Position numbers and translations under genes: made by a program | NCBI GenBank assembly: GCA_964199315.1 | Contig: OZ116703.1 | Span: 7,502,001 to 7,566,000 of the forward strand | Length of the DNA: 64,000 nucleotides | Direction: 5' to 3' | From: Orbicella franksi | Taxonomy: Eukaryota | Notes under the pieces: model-generated | Databases searched by the model: none | What the model was told of the DNA's origin: nothing | Seen by the model: only the letters and a program-made list of their open reading frames with translations | Part shown: in pieces, positions 1 through 12,400 of the stretch | Position numbering within the stretch: the first letter of the stretch is position 1 | Layout: every line of letters begins with the position of its first letter

Positions 1-340
1 AGAACAAATCCAGCTAGTGGTAAAGGGGATTCTCACATGGACAATACAACTAGATGTACAGAGGAACTGTGAAAGCAAGAGAGAATGTCTGGTAATTGTG
101 AGAAAAAAAAAAGGATTGGCGCAACCCATAAATTTGGAGAGTAACTGCGGGGAAAAGAGAGCATTTACTGATACCAAACGGAAGCGTTACGGGCACTAAT
201 CCATTCACCTGTATGTGGAGGGTACGTATGATACAGAGAGGTATTGCTTGTAGATATTTGTAAGACGGCTAAAATGGTGGACTTAGTAATGATAGATTCA
301 TGCTCCTTGATGAGAGAAAAACCGTGCTGTGAGAGAACAT

Positions 341-502
341 NNNNNNNNNNNNNNNNNNNNNNNNNNNNNNNNNNNNNNNNNNNNNNNNNNNNNNNNNNNN
401 NNNNNNNNNNNNNNNNNNNNNNNNNNNNNNNNNNNNNNNNNNNNNNNNNNNNNNNNNNNNNNNNNNNNNNNNNNNNNNNNNNNNNNNNNNNNNNNNNNNN
501 NN
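341..502. other. Assembly gap (162 N)
   Basis: Run of N from 341 to 502. ORFs spanning it (165-821, 244-516, 269-523, 329-541) are artefactually joined. Confidence 0.99.
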
Positions 503-846
503 TTTCCAGTATATAGTTTCCACGCATGTTGTATAAAGTAGAACGGAACGAGAACATGTTTCTCATATAGGCCGGATAGCTAGTGAAAAATAGACTTTTG
601 TACAAAGTAGTAAGGAATTTACGGATGCGTTGATCATGAAGTTGGAGACAGTTTACCCTGTCTAGCAGCACATTATAAGGCGATTCAAAATCGCTTAGAA
701 TGAATCTCAGAATCCTTTTGTTAAGAGCTTCTATTTTGTCCCTGTTGTTTGCACTGCAAAAGTGCCAAACGGTTGAGCAATAATCAAAATGAGGGAGTAT
801 GTAGGCCTTATACAGTTTCACTAAAATGTCTTTGGAAATAAGTTAG
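503..846 (-). mobile_element. Non-LTR retrotransposon (CR1/L2/Crack group) ORF2 C-terminal fragment
   Basis: Minus-strand translation LYKAYILPHFDYCSTVWHFCS...IEALNKRILRFIL...YPAYMRNMFSFRSTLYNMRGNYIL matches the post-RT region (Y..L..PHL/FDYC..VW motif) of CR1-group LINEs. It is 5'-truncated and runs into the gap. Confidence 0.8.
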
Positions 847-1710
847 AATGCTAATCAGGCTCTAACCGTTGACCTTTCGATCTCGACGTGGCAATCTTTT
901 GTTCTACTCATCGCATATTACATAGTCCTGTTATCATAATTATGGGATGGCATTATGATGGGTCTTAATGTGCATTTCGATAACGATTGACTGTTTGAAA
1001 ACAACTGTGTATCTTGACGTTTGATTCTTTGGTAGATCGTCCTCACAGAATGCTTATCCTTGATTTCTCATCAAGTTACAAAAGTTTATCTTCGTTTGTC
1101 TGGTTACCATCATTAAAGAGTGGCGTCTTAAATCGGCCTTAATGTGGAGTAGCTTTAACAGTTAACTGTCATCAATAAGTTTTGTACACTGGGCCCTTAA
1201 GGCTTTAGCCGATCGAGACCCTTAAGCACTTGGTTGATGGTCGCAGAAATTGTCGCTTTGCACGACCCGGTTAATGAGCTGTGCATGCAAAGACTGCAAC
1301 AAAGGTAGTCGCAGATTTTGCTCACGTCCCCGTGTGGTGCACAGGGTTTTCAACTCATTTAACTAAGAGCCACTCCATCATTCAGGACACAAGCATGAGC
1401 CTAGATCTTGCATGGCCTTTACTTTATCAAGAAATCTGCAATCTCCGTTCGCAACACGGAAATAACAATAGTCTTCACCAATTTTCTTGTCAGTTGTGGG
1501 TATGTTATGTTATGGATTACAGAAAGTAAGTCATGTCCGTGAGCAAGAGCTTTTTTAATGATAGGAAGAGAGTAATCCTGTATATAAGCTAGATGGTAAT
1601 AGAGTATAGGTTTACGAATGTTGTGGTCCGAAAATGTGGCATAGAATTTGCTATTTGTTCGGAATTCGAGTGTCTCTTTTCTTTCTGGTCTAAAATTGAG
1701 TATGGCTTTA

Positions 1711-1989
1711 CTGCGCCTTTCAATAACATGCGGACTGTAAAATTCAAAGCTCAACCGACAAATGCGTTTTACGCTACCGTCAATCAAATGTTCACCGGTT
1801 CTTCCCAGATTCCCACTACTGCCGAACGCGCGGTAATCAAATCGTTGAGCACAGTTCAGACAACGAAACATTGCTTGGCAGTAGTCGGAAGCTGGAAGGA
1901 GTCGCCGAACATTTGATTGACGGTAGCGAAAAACGCATTTGTCGTTTGAGCTTTGAATTTTAGAGTCCGCATGTTATTGAATGGCGCAG
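1711..1989. mobile_element. Foldback MITE with 113-bp inverted arms, flanked by TA (Tc1/mariner-like)
   Basis: 1711-1823 is the reverse complement of 1877-1989 (12 mismatches counted by hand, only 4 in the outer 83 bp), with a 53-bp spacer. TA at 1709-1710 and 1990-1991. Confidence 0.8.
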
Positions 1990-2094
1990 TAAGGTAAACC
2001 GCATGAATGCATTTGCATAAACTTGTTTCCTTACGTTACATCAGGTTTTTCTTAAACGTAAAAGAGGGAGTCTTCATTTGTAGCGATCTTCTAT

Positions 2095-2180
2095 ACTTCA
2101 GGTATTACAATAGGTGTCGAAAATGGTGTATTTTGGTGTAAATACAGGTCAGGCTTCGCAGGGCTAGGCGTTACATGCCC
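2095..2180. repeat. Old diverged fragment of a DNA-transposon-like interspersed repeat
   Basis: caggt..ggtgtcgaaaatg..ttttggtgtaaatacaggtcagg..ggcg resembles a subterminal sequence I recall as common in coral genomes. Recognised from memory only; no TIR or TSD seen. Confidence 0.3.
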
Positions 2181-2661
2181 TAGAGCCATTTCACCTAGTA
2201 CTGATTTAACAGCTTTAAAACGTAGTTGGTCAGTTGCAATCCTATGTCATTGTTTTGGCATCGACAGAAATCTTGTCCTTGGATTTGGAATAGGGTAAAA
2301 GCTATAGCCCATTACAATGATACAAGTAGAAGAATTCTGAAGTATTCATACACCGAAAAAACGAACAGCTACTTTAAAACAGTTTAAGTCTCTTTAAAAA
2401 AAAAAGAAAGAAAAAAAAGAACGTTATCATGCCGGCTTTGGAGCAGGTCTTGCACTCGGAGCTCGCCTCTGCAATGTTAAAGGGCCTTTGGCCCTACCTA
2501 CGGCTGTGACATGTTGACGGGTCACAAGGTGGACAAAACAGCAGTCCATGCCTGCCAAGCTGCCAAGGTTGTACGTTCTTTGCACGTTTGTGAGGCTGGT
2601 TTCGGCTGAGTTTAGTATGTGCGTACGTGTAGTTTGGCAGGCCTTTGTGTCCAATGCATCC

Positions 2662-3060
2662 CAGAATTAATTTATACATAAATTGCTCGGGCTGTATCCC
2701 GGCTTACCTGATGTCAAAGTTTGTAACAAGAGGACAGATATCTGACCGCAAAACAAGAGACTCCCAACAACTTAACATTCCTTTATGTAAAACCGGTGCT
2801 GGTCAGAGGACATTTCAATGCAGGACAGTTAAATTATGGAAGTTATTAGATGAAGATTTAAAACTGTACAAAGGTTCAGTAAACTTTAAGAAAAATCTTA
2901 AAGCAAAGATGCTTGACTAGTTTTTGAAACAAGAATAGTATCACACTTTTTAATTCATTGTATTTTTATTGCATTTTATCGTATTTTTATTATATTTGTA
3001 TTGTCCACCCGAAAAACCCATTTTGGGAGTGTACAGTAAAGTTTCATTCATTTCACTCAC
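2662..3060 (+). mobile_element. LINE (L2/Crack/CR1 group) 3' end
   Basis: ORF 2645-2920 ends PAYLMSKFVTRGQISDRKTRDSQQLNIPLCKTGAGQRTFQCRTVKLWKLL...NFKKNLK, a typical ORF2 C-terminus. It is followed by a T-rich 3' UTR, ccgaaaaacccattttgggagtgtacagtaaag and a (CATT/CACT)-like tail. Confidence 0.8.
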
Positions 3061-3799
3061 CCTTCTTGCCGTCTAGATAAAGCTATCAGCCATGTAACAC
3101 GTTAAAATGAAAGACCTGGGTAACAAATTATTCATCTGGTGTTTACCTTTCACTTTCGTTCCATGCAAAATTCGAAGTATCCCTTCTAACCTTTATAAAA
3201 CTATCAGTTAATGCTGTGGGTTGATAATCGCATCTTACGCTGTAACGTTTTCAGTTGGACATCGTGCACTTCCCCCGTACTTTTTATAGCTCATGTGAGG
3301 TCGACGAAACGTTCTTTTGTGACTTAAAAGAAAACTACTTTTTTAGATCTTCAAACAGATTTTTAATAAAACAAGTTCAATAGTTAGGATTCCCCTTCCC
3401 AAAAGGTAAATACTGTACAGTATGGTGCTCCCAACAGTTTTTCGATCGGGAACCCGGTATTGGAAGAAGGAGAAGGAGGTCTTCTGTAAAACGTGTCCCA
3501 ATATTTTAATAAAGAATTACGTTGATCAGTCATTCAAGGTACTGGCGCTTACAGCATTGTAGCTCGCACTACAAATGTAGAATGATTACTGACAGTTGTC
3601 ACAGGAAGCCTAATGAAGCATGGCTTGATACCATTTAAAGCACGGAAGGGAGCCTAATCGCATTGGAAATGATTGCAAAGCTTAACTGAATGTCTCGCTC
3701 TCTCAATTGGTGGAGAAAATTGATGTAACTCAGTACAGTCAGGTTTACAATGATATGATTGAAGTTTTTACCTAAGTGGGGGCTTAACTCCAGTTTCCC

Positions 3800-3900
3800 C
3801 TACGCATTTGTCTCCACTCAGAAATTTGCAGCCACCGTGAGAGGAAAGTGTCGTGCCCAAAGACACAACACTTTGACACACACTTCGATTCCACTCAAGG
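3800..3900 (-). mobile_element. Degraded tRNA-derived SINE fragment (CORE-like segment)
   Basis: Reverse complement reads gtgttgtgtctttgggcacgacactttcctctcacggtg, similar to the ttgggcaag...ctctcacagtg segment of the SINE at 5011. Confidence 0.45.
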
Positions 3901-4266
3901 CTCAAGCGATCAGGGCCCAAACTGAAACAAAGACATAAATTGAAACTTTCGATCCTTCAGGGTCACGTATAAATTTCAATCACAGCGAAATTATGCTGAT
4001 CTTTTTATTAAATGACAATTCCCAGCCTTTGTGTGTGTGACTTCATTCGTAAGGCTTATAGACAGTGGCAAAATCTCAACCTACTCTGGCAATTAATGTA
4101 CTTCTTAAAAAGGAACTACTATCCTTAACACTTAATCAAAAAAGAGTTGAAGACGTTTTTGCTGCTTAGCAAAAATTTTTTAAAATTTTTAAAATTTTTA
4201 CTTTTAATATTTTCATTGAAATTGTCAATTTTTTTCTTTGGCAAGAATGAGCACAAATAAAGATTG

Positions 4267-4520
4267 ATTATTATTATTATTATTATTATTATTATCATTA
4301 TTATTATTATTATTATTATTATTGTTATTGTTATTATTTATTATTAGCAACTCTCCCTGGAAAGCCGACTGGGCTTTACTTCTAACTTGGCGAAGAGCAT
4401 ACAATACATGATGACTTGAGTTGGTTGACATCCTCCTCCACTACAAGTGTAGGTAAACTGTTCCATTGTCGTGCAATAAGGAATGTAGCAGGAATACAGT
4501 TTGTTAACTTGATGGATTAT
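4267..4520 (-). mobile_element. CR1-like LINE 3' end with (AAT)n tail
   Basis: Minus strand translates TFLIARQWNSLPTLVVEEDVNQLKS (CR1 C-terminal R.WNSLP motif), then a short UTR and an ~80-bp AAT microsatellite (4267-4346; (ATT)n on plus). Confidence 0.65.
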
Positions 4521-5010
4521 CTTAACAAGACGAAACCAATGATAGAATTCTTAACTTCAGATGTTGCTAAACTTAAAACTTCAGAATGATTTTATACAAA
4601 CGCACAAGTTCTATTAACTGATCTTTATTCACGTCACAGAGTACAAGTGGAGAGAATTTAATGATGAATGCAAGATTCCCTTTTATCCTAGTAGACTGTT
4701 GTTGCAAATATAGTCCTTAAAGCCTGTAATTTTTTCAGTCTGTCAATCTGCAACTGAGGGAATGGAGTATTTCGCTAAAACTTTGGCACTACGGCTTATG
4801 CTCGGCTCATAAATCGTTCATCTAAATATTTCAATATAGTCGTTGAACGGAGCAACAAGCCAGTCTGCCTCTGTGTTGGCAGCAGAAAGGTTAAGGATGT
4901 CCTAATAGGAAATAGACCTTGTAAGTTCTTCCGCACAATATGCACCACATGTGTAAGACGCTTAATCCTTTTCGTGTTTTTTTTTTGTTGTTGCCTTCAC
5001 CTTAATAGGA

Positions 5011-5264
5011 AGGGACGTGGTAGCATAATGGTAAGTGCGCTGGAATCCGGATGAAGCGATTGGGCAAGGCAAGTTTCTCTCACAGTGCCTCTCCACTCAG
5101 GAGTATAGACGGTAGCTGCGGATTGTTACGAAGTTTGACTGAATGCTTGAGAGTAACCTGCGATGGAGTGGCATCGCAGCCAGGTAGAGTAACAATACTC
5201 CCAGCGACTTCATGCAACAGATACTGGAGTAAAGCGCCTAGATCTTTGAGCCAGTTCGGCTTAA
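5011..5264 (+). mobile_element. tRNA-derived SINE (A-box present, B-box region deleted; CORE-like and V-like segments)
   Basis: A-box-like tagcataatgg at the head. ttgggcaaggcaagtttctctcacagtgcctc resembles the MIR/CORE domain, and cctgcgatggagtggcatc resembles the V-domain start. The 3' end is interrupted at TTAA by the next element. Confidence 0.65.
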
Positions 5265-5717
5265 GGTCATTCCGCTGAAATAGAACCTGCACTGAGATTT
5301 TTGTGAAACTTTGCCTATCGATTGTTTATATTATCGGAACTTAAATTTTGAGATAAAAATGAGGGGTCCCCATGTTCGTTGAGGAGCAAAAGCACCTTGT
5401 TTATACCCATATAAATCCTTATAATAGCACCATGATTGTAGTTACGATTGCTTGTTAAATTCACGTTTCCGACGATTGCGTTTTGTTCTACACTGAGAAT
5501 TGGTCCATATTTATTTTGCACAGAGAAATTTATTACTCAATTCAAAACAACAGAAAAAAATGATAGGTCACCATACTCTTTTGCGAGAAAATGACGATTT
5601 TCCTCTATGGTGAGGTCCAGCTGTAAAGAAAAAGCCGCCATTTTTTAATGCGCGCGCGCTAATCACGCGTGGAATTATGCCCAGTAGGGATGCGCAATGC
5701 AATACTGGGGAATGACC
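5265..5717. mobile_element. Kolobok-like non-autonomous DNA transposon (453 bp)
   Basis: Perfect 9-bp TIRs GGTCATTCC...GGAATGACC. Left flank TTAA (5261-5264), right flank TCAA (5718-5721, one mismatch). RR termini with a TTAA target fit Kolobok rather than piggyBac. Confidence 0.7.
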
Positions 5718-6443
5718 TCAAGGTGCTTTATTCTTTTTGTCCTTGTACATTATACAAGATTGGGACGATATCATAAATGTTAAGGAAATGTTCCAAATTC
5801 TTCAAAACATACGTAGACGGCAGAAAACTACCGCCACTTTTTTAACTCAATTGGGAAATTTGCGCTGAAAAAAATGAGATGATGGTTATTGGTGGACCGT
5901 TAGTAGCCTGGTTCATATAGGAATGGTCTAAAAAGTCGTATTTCAGAGTACAGGATTGGGATATGAATGAAAACAACACGGTGAAGAATGGGAATTATAC
6001 CCGTCCTCATAAATATGAGGTCTCCATTTTCATACCTTAACGTAACACAGTAAACAGCTTTACACGGAGTATTATATTGTGGTACAATTTTGATGACAAC
6101 TCACTTGCTTTAATTTGTTGTTAATTTGATGATGACGATGACGACGACGACAATGATGATGTTGTTGTTCGCTTTTGATTTGATTCGTGACTACAATAGT
6201 TTCTATCTAGACTTTTCTGTGCACTATGTATATGACCTTCAAAATGCAAACATACGGGTTACTAGGCAGAGTCTAACTGGATGATAGTATATAATTTATA
6301 TAATGTATTCAGCTACCAAAACAACTCGTATAATTAGTCTGTAGATAAAATTTATTAATCTGTACTTTGAAATTAGAAAGGGCCACGAGTTTGCCAAAAG
6401 CTAAATTCTGACACGTGATACCGTTCATTACAAAATTATATTC

Positions 6444-6495
6444 GTTTGTTTGTTTGTTTGTTTGTTTTGTTTTGTTTTGTTTTGTTTGTTTTTTT
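6444..6495. repeat. (GTTT)n/(GTTTT)n simple repeat
   Basis: Directly visible. Confidence 0.9.
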
Positions 6496-9400
6496 CAGCT
6501 GTAAATGGAAAACAAAAACTCATCTTTCGGGGGGCATTTTTTACTCCCCTGAGGCTAAAGTATGGGAGGCTATGTCCTGAACGGAAGTCCGTGTATCACG
6601 AGTGATTGTTGTGTGCCATGCAAGACCTCTTCTTGGCCCACAGCGCCGGCACTTACCCTTTTCGCTGCGATTGCTTTCTGAGAAGAGAAAGAATAAAATG
6701 TTGATTTAGCGGCAGGATGCTAACCTGACCGTGGGGTATACTTGTCATGTGAGAGACTTCAACTATTGGATACGTCCAGTAGAAAGGGATATCGACCCTT
6801 TTGGTCGACCAGAAATGACCGACGTCTAAGAGATGGATGTTCTGTTATTTCTAGTTTGGACGCGTGCAACAGAGTTTAGTATACGTCTTGCGATGAGGCA
6901 AACAATGTTCCTCATTTTTATGCCTCCACCTAGCTTGAAGAGGAAGTTGACATTTATCGGTATTCAACTGACAGATGGCGCCAATCTTGACGGCACAATC
7001 TGGCGATAAGGAATTGCACCAACCGACTTCTAACTCGCTGAAAAGAACAAAGACATCTTTCATTTCTTTTATCAAACAGATGCACAATTCCGGATGAAGA
7101 ATATAAAACGATTTCCACGGGTCAGTGCTGAATTGTTTCTCGTTTTCTACTCAGACATGTGATGGATGTAACTCATTTCCGGTATGGTAGATTTCATACA
7201 ATTTGATCTGTTTTGATTTTTTAAGTGTAATCACAACCTTTTCAACATAAAGTAGAAGTCAATATATGCAGTAATTAATTAGTAATTAGAAATTCACTAA
7301 AAAGCTCTAAATCCTAAGTTAAGAAAGTAATTGACGTTTTTCTTAGTATGTTCTGCGAGCTTCAAATCGAATTCCACCGGAATTCGTTTTGGAATAGTGG
7401 AGAGTGGGGTAGGGGTATTTAAGATATAAAAGAGTTTCGTTTCTCTTAAATTGTCAATTAAGGCTTCAAGGAGGCAAACACTTTCTACTGAAATGCCACT
7501 CTGAATAAACGTTAAACATCAAAGTGAATCGGTGCGTTAGACTGGCATATCAATTTGTTGGTACGTGCTAGAAACAACTGGTTCCAATTTAAGGTTAATC
7601 AATATAATTGTCGAAATTGTATGCTACTTTATTGTAAAAGTTATCTGGAAAACTCGAACCTCCCAGGTTGGCCATAACCCTGAAAGGTTTGGCGGTCGAA
7701 TTCGCGCTGTGAATATAACGTAAATAATATATACATCTTATCATAGTCTGATTGCGATAAATAGTAGCATTATATTACTGTTGGTTTTTCACTGTTAACC
7801 TTCGATCTTCCTAGTTCACAAATCTTCAGATTTTATGTTTCAAAATTTATTTTCTCTGACATGGTGTGACTGAAAAAATTGTTATTTAAGAAATAATGGT
7901 TTCTTTCACTTAAGTTGGCTTCCCTTTACCAATTTGGCCTTGCAAAGTCCTCTTGGATACAAAATGTTGACACTGAAATCAGTCCTTTTTTTTCTTGTCC
8001 GACTCATCAAACGGTTGTCTGAAACCTTATAGACTAGCTACTGTTCCCATGTTTCATTTCAAACGTCAACAATGTTGTGACGGACTTTGATATCAATACA
8101 ACGAAAAAGAGTAATATCTGTGAAATGTTGACCAAACTTTCTTTTCTTTTCAAAATGAAACGTTTTTGGGGATGAATTTTTGGGTATTGTATGAACCTTA
8201 CTCGTTTTGTCGTATTTTGTTTTGTTTGTTGTTTATGTGTGTTTGCTTACTAACAGAGTAAACATCTATTACAATACAGGGGACCAGCGATGATTTAAAT
8301 AATTTAAACAATATATCCCTACCTAAGAAACGCCAAAAGTCTTGAAAGTTTACTGAGATAAACTTACAAAGAATGCACAGCGATAATGACCCCCAAAAGA
8401 ATACGATGGTTGAAACTGGAGAGGATTTAGACCGATAATCTGCCTGACTCGAAAAAAAATGCCGACTGAATTTTTAGCAGCTGTGCCACCTGCGAAGATG
8501 TCTTAATAGATTCGACCTCAGGACACTTCATACACGGCCTCTAATAGATTTGTAATTCGCCGCACCTCCCCCAGCTCGTCAGGAAGTGGAAAATATCACT
8601 TTACAAGTAGTCATTTATCACCCATTCATCCTATCAACACTTTCAGGCTACAAGTAAGTGTTGATCCCGCACTGATAGAACGAACGGAAATAAAAACAGG
8701 CCTCGCAGCCGACGTGAAATATTAAACGAACTACAGCTTACGTTTGTAACTGTGTGAGTTATCCTTTAGACAAACAGTCTTAATTATTCTCTTTCTTCCC
8801 TTTTGTTTTCCAATTTTCGACTTAGTGTCCTCTTAGCCTGAAAATGACTCGTGCAAAGCCTACATTCAAAAGCTAAGACGAGGAAAAATGCGGGATTTAT
8901 CAGTTTAATGACTCGGATATTTTCTTTTTGGATACTTTTGGAGACCTTTTCTTTCAGTCTGCTCTCTTCTTACAGATTAGGAATGTATAATCCTTACCAT
9001 ACGAGATTAATTTTCTCTCATACCTCATCATGACCATTGCGATGATTTCATCATGACCGTCGGTTGTAGTGAGTTTCTCTTAGCATACTGAATGGATATA
9101 CTTCATCGGAAAGATATTTCGGACCTTTGTTATTTAGAACGCAAAATATGATCTTAGGATGCTGTCGTCATTGTTTAATGGTATTCCATAAAGGTTACCT
9201 TTGTCCCAGAAGTTTCCTTCTCCTTGGAGCAAAAAACCTCTGAAACCAAAGTACTCGAAGGTCTATGAAAATGATAACAAAAGCTGCCTCGTTATTAGAT
9301 ACAGAGGAAATGAAGAATTTGTTATAAGAAAATGCAGCTCTATCATTTGGTTTGTTAAATGAGTCGTCATTCAACTGATACTAAATGGCTGTGAGGGCTA

Positions 9401-12400
9401 TAAGCACCCATTGATGGAGACTCTCTGTGAATAGAATTACAACTAAGCAAAATTAATTTTAGGAAGGACAATGAAAGAAGACAAAAGAAAACGCCATTTA
9501 TCCCTTTTAATAGAAGAATAAAATACCGTATTTTATAGCTCGCAGAATCTGCCTGGTGACTCTGTACGTGGCTACTTAGTCACAACAACTTCAGCGGCAT
9601 TGTTGCTAAACACTTTGATAAAATACAACCTTTACTTGTGACAATTACACACTGCCAAAAGTAATATATTGCCAACTGTGACTTGTCTCTTGACACGGCT
9701 ATTCCATTGTAATGTTAAAATGTTAATTAAAGTTTTTTCGAGTGTGTTTTTTGTTTCTACTGACTCAAGGATGTGTCTGTAATTACTTGGCGGTGTTCTT
9801 GTGATGCTTGGCGTTGACTATTCCATGTGGAGTGTACCTGTTCGACAAAGACTGAAAAGGGTCACATCTGTAAAAAGAAGCACAACTTTAATATGAATAC
9901 CCATGTTTTCGTTGGGCTATTATACTTATATCCTAATTTTTACTTTCCACTGATGTCTTGCGAGTGCCATTTCATGTTTCACATGTTGCAATTCGTGCTC
10001 TCGGCTTTGAATCTGTAATCTTGCTCATGATATTCGTTTTCTTACGACATAAATTGCAGAACTTATCAAAGAGTGTAGCACAAAAAACTGTTCTATAAAA
10101 TAATAAATCACACAGAAAAAAGTGGCAACTCTTGTTTTGAGTTGGAGATGAGAAACGTCCGTTTTCTGTTCATAGAAACAATTGGCTTTCGTTGTCCTTG
10201 GTTTCGAAGCCTCATGGATTCGTCGCTAAGAAACAATAAATATTCACACAAGTTAAGGAAATGGCAGAGACTGACAATAGTAGTAACAGTGGAAATTAAA
10301 GTGAAGTGAGTTTGCTAAAACGCTTAAAACACACAAAGGAGCGATGTCCGGTGAGCTTTATTCTTGAAATTTCTGCTCACGAAAGGCTGGGTTTAGACAT
10401 TGTGTGGCAGAAATCGAAAAATCCCAGACTGTCTACACTTTGTTATATTTATGACTATAAATGCTTAATTTATTCAGCATAATTTTTTTCTTCAGTACAC
10501 CTCGATGTTGAACTATCGATTAACATATAACAAGCCGAAAATATTATCTTAAAAGTACGGCAAAAATGTTTTACAGGCTGTTGGTGAAGACATTATCATT
10601 GTAATCTTCTGATCCAATTAGTGATCTTTTCTCTCGTATGTTATCAAAGTCGATTTATGACTATTCTTGAAATAACTCTTTGTAGTCGTGATGATTCGTG
10701 TTTTCAATTGATAACAACCAACTTCGCACGATAAATCTTTTGCTAAATTTCCATACGACCTTAAACCAGGCAGGCTAAAACGTAAGGCAAATGAATTAAT
10801 CAGCGAGGCCGCCGCAAATGATAACATCGTTTTATAGCGATTAAGCTAAAAATAAGTATTTTTATTAGTTTGCTGATGTTGTACTTTGTTAATTGCGTGA
10901 TTTATCGTTTCACATTGTTATTGAATTCAGCTCGCTAGAGCACGAAACTTTTTTTTTTGTATTCACGCCACTGGCTATGATTTCATCCCTTGTATCAGCG
11001 ACCATTGAAAAAATTCTAAAACAATCTGACCAAGTGATGAGTGACAACGACCAATCTTGCCACTTAAGCCGATATCTCTCGTTATCGCTCAGCTAAACAA
11101 GCACTCAAAGAGTCCTCTTAAAGATGTTTACATTGATATAAGGCCATAATCGAAGTTGACAAAGCTGCGGTTTAGAGAGATTGTTATCATCGGCAGGGCC
11201 GCCCGTCACTTCGTTGCCCATGGTTTGCTATTCACATTTAACTCGTTCAGTCATTTGTTTTGTAACTTTGAATGATCACGAAAGCTGTAGTGGCAGCCCG
11301 TGATCTTTTCGTGATTCGAGGTTTCTTTCTCTGCGTCCGTTCGGTGTCCGCATTCACAATGTTTACATGTGCTGTAGTTCATGGCTCCACCTTCACAGTG
11401 CCCGACACAGCGCTACCGCAGTTAATCTTAAATCAAGCATGGCCTCTTGGAGGGAACTCAGCAGGGCGTCGAGACATTTCAAAAGCCCCAACACAAAGGC
11501 GATTTCGAATGCTTCCAGGGTTGTGATTAGCTATTGTTTCACGCCGTAGGAGGTAGAGCGATTAAATATTACATCTAAAATATCTAGCGTGGGATCCTAA
11601 CTAACTCCTCCGGAACATCGTGCCAAGCTCGCCAAAATGCTTGCGCATTTGACGCCAGAGAGCAGTTGACTTTTTATCTTGAGTTTCCGGTTGTTTCGCG
11701 GCTTTTAATTTCAGCCAATTTTTTTCTAGACACTCTCTTGAGAAAACGCAATTTAATTACGTTTCTGCTACCCTAGACAAGGGTTTTTGTTTCAAGTGGA
11801 CCAAAAACTACAGATGAACCATGGTGAGTTAGATCAGATTAAAAATATTGAAAAAAAGTTCACTTCTTTCAGTCAAACTTCAAATTGATCATTCATTCGT
11901 TGCTAAACAGGAAAACTAAGGCTGTGTTTTTGTCTCGGAAACTAATAAAAATTTTACCTGTTGATCGGCCAAAAAAATATGTTAGATTAATTTTGTGTGC
12001 GCGAAGAACAGGAGGAACTGACTCAGTGAACGAAAAATCTCGCAATCAATGATCTCAAATCTACCCAAGAAAACTTTTTCATGTTTTATTCGACAGCCGG
12101 TTGTTATGCTGGATGGCCCAACGCTAACAGGCAGACATTTCTTCTTGCAGACACCACATAAACTGAGTGCCTCCAGTTGTGCTGTAGAGAGACGTAACAA
12201 ACTTCGTCGACGCAACGTACAACTCCGAAAAATGTAGCAAGGAAGACTTTAACTGATCTGCCATACATGGCCTAAGCTAAAAGATCTCTTCTGTGATTGT
12301 GTCATGTGTAGGTTTAGTAACTAGTATATCTTTGCAGGCCATGAAGGCGATTACGAGGTAACATTCATTCATTTTTAGTTTTCGTTGCATTTATAACCAC

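Noticed and set aside
60-340. Possible decayed LTR/DIRS reverse transcriptase (VTLPFGIS..LF on minus strand)
   Set aside because: One short motif in heavily interrupted frames is too weak without a profile search.
165-821. 218-aa ORF as a gene
   Set aside because: It spans the N gap; only the LINE-derived part (503-821) is interpretable.
1167-1200. Harbinger-like terminus tgtacactgggccc|ttaa
   Set aside because: No partner TIR was found in the window.
6851-7087. Minus-strand ORF with an acceptor-like tctttgttcttttcag
   Set aside because: No recognisable protein and no linked exons.
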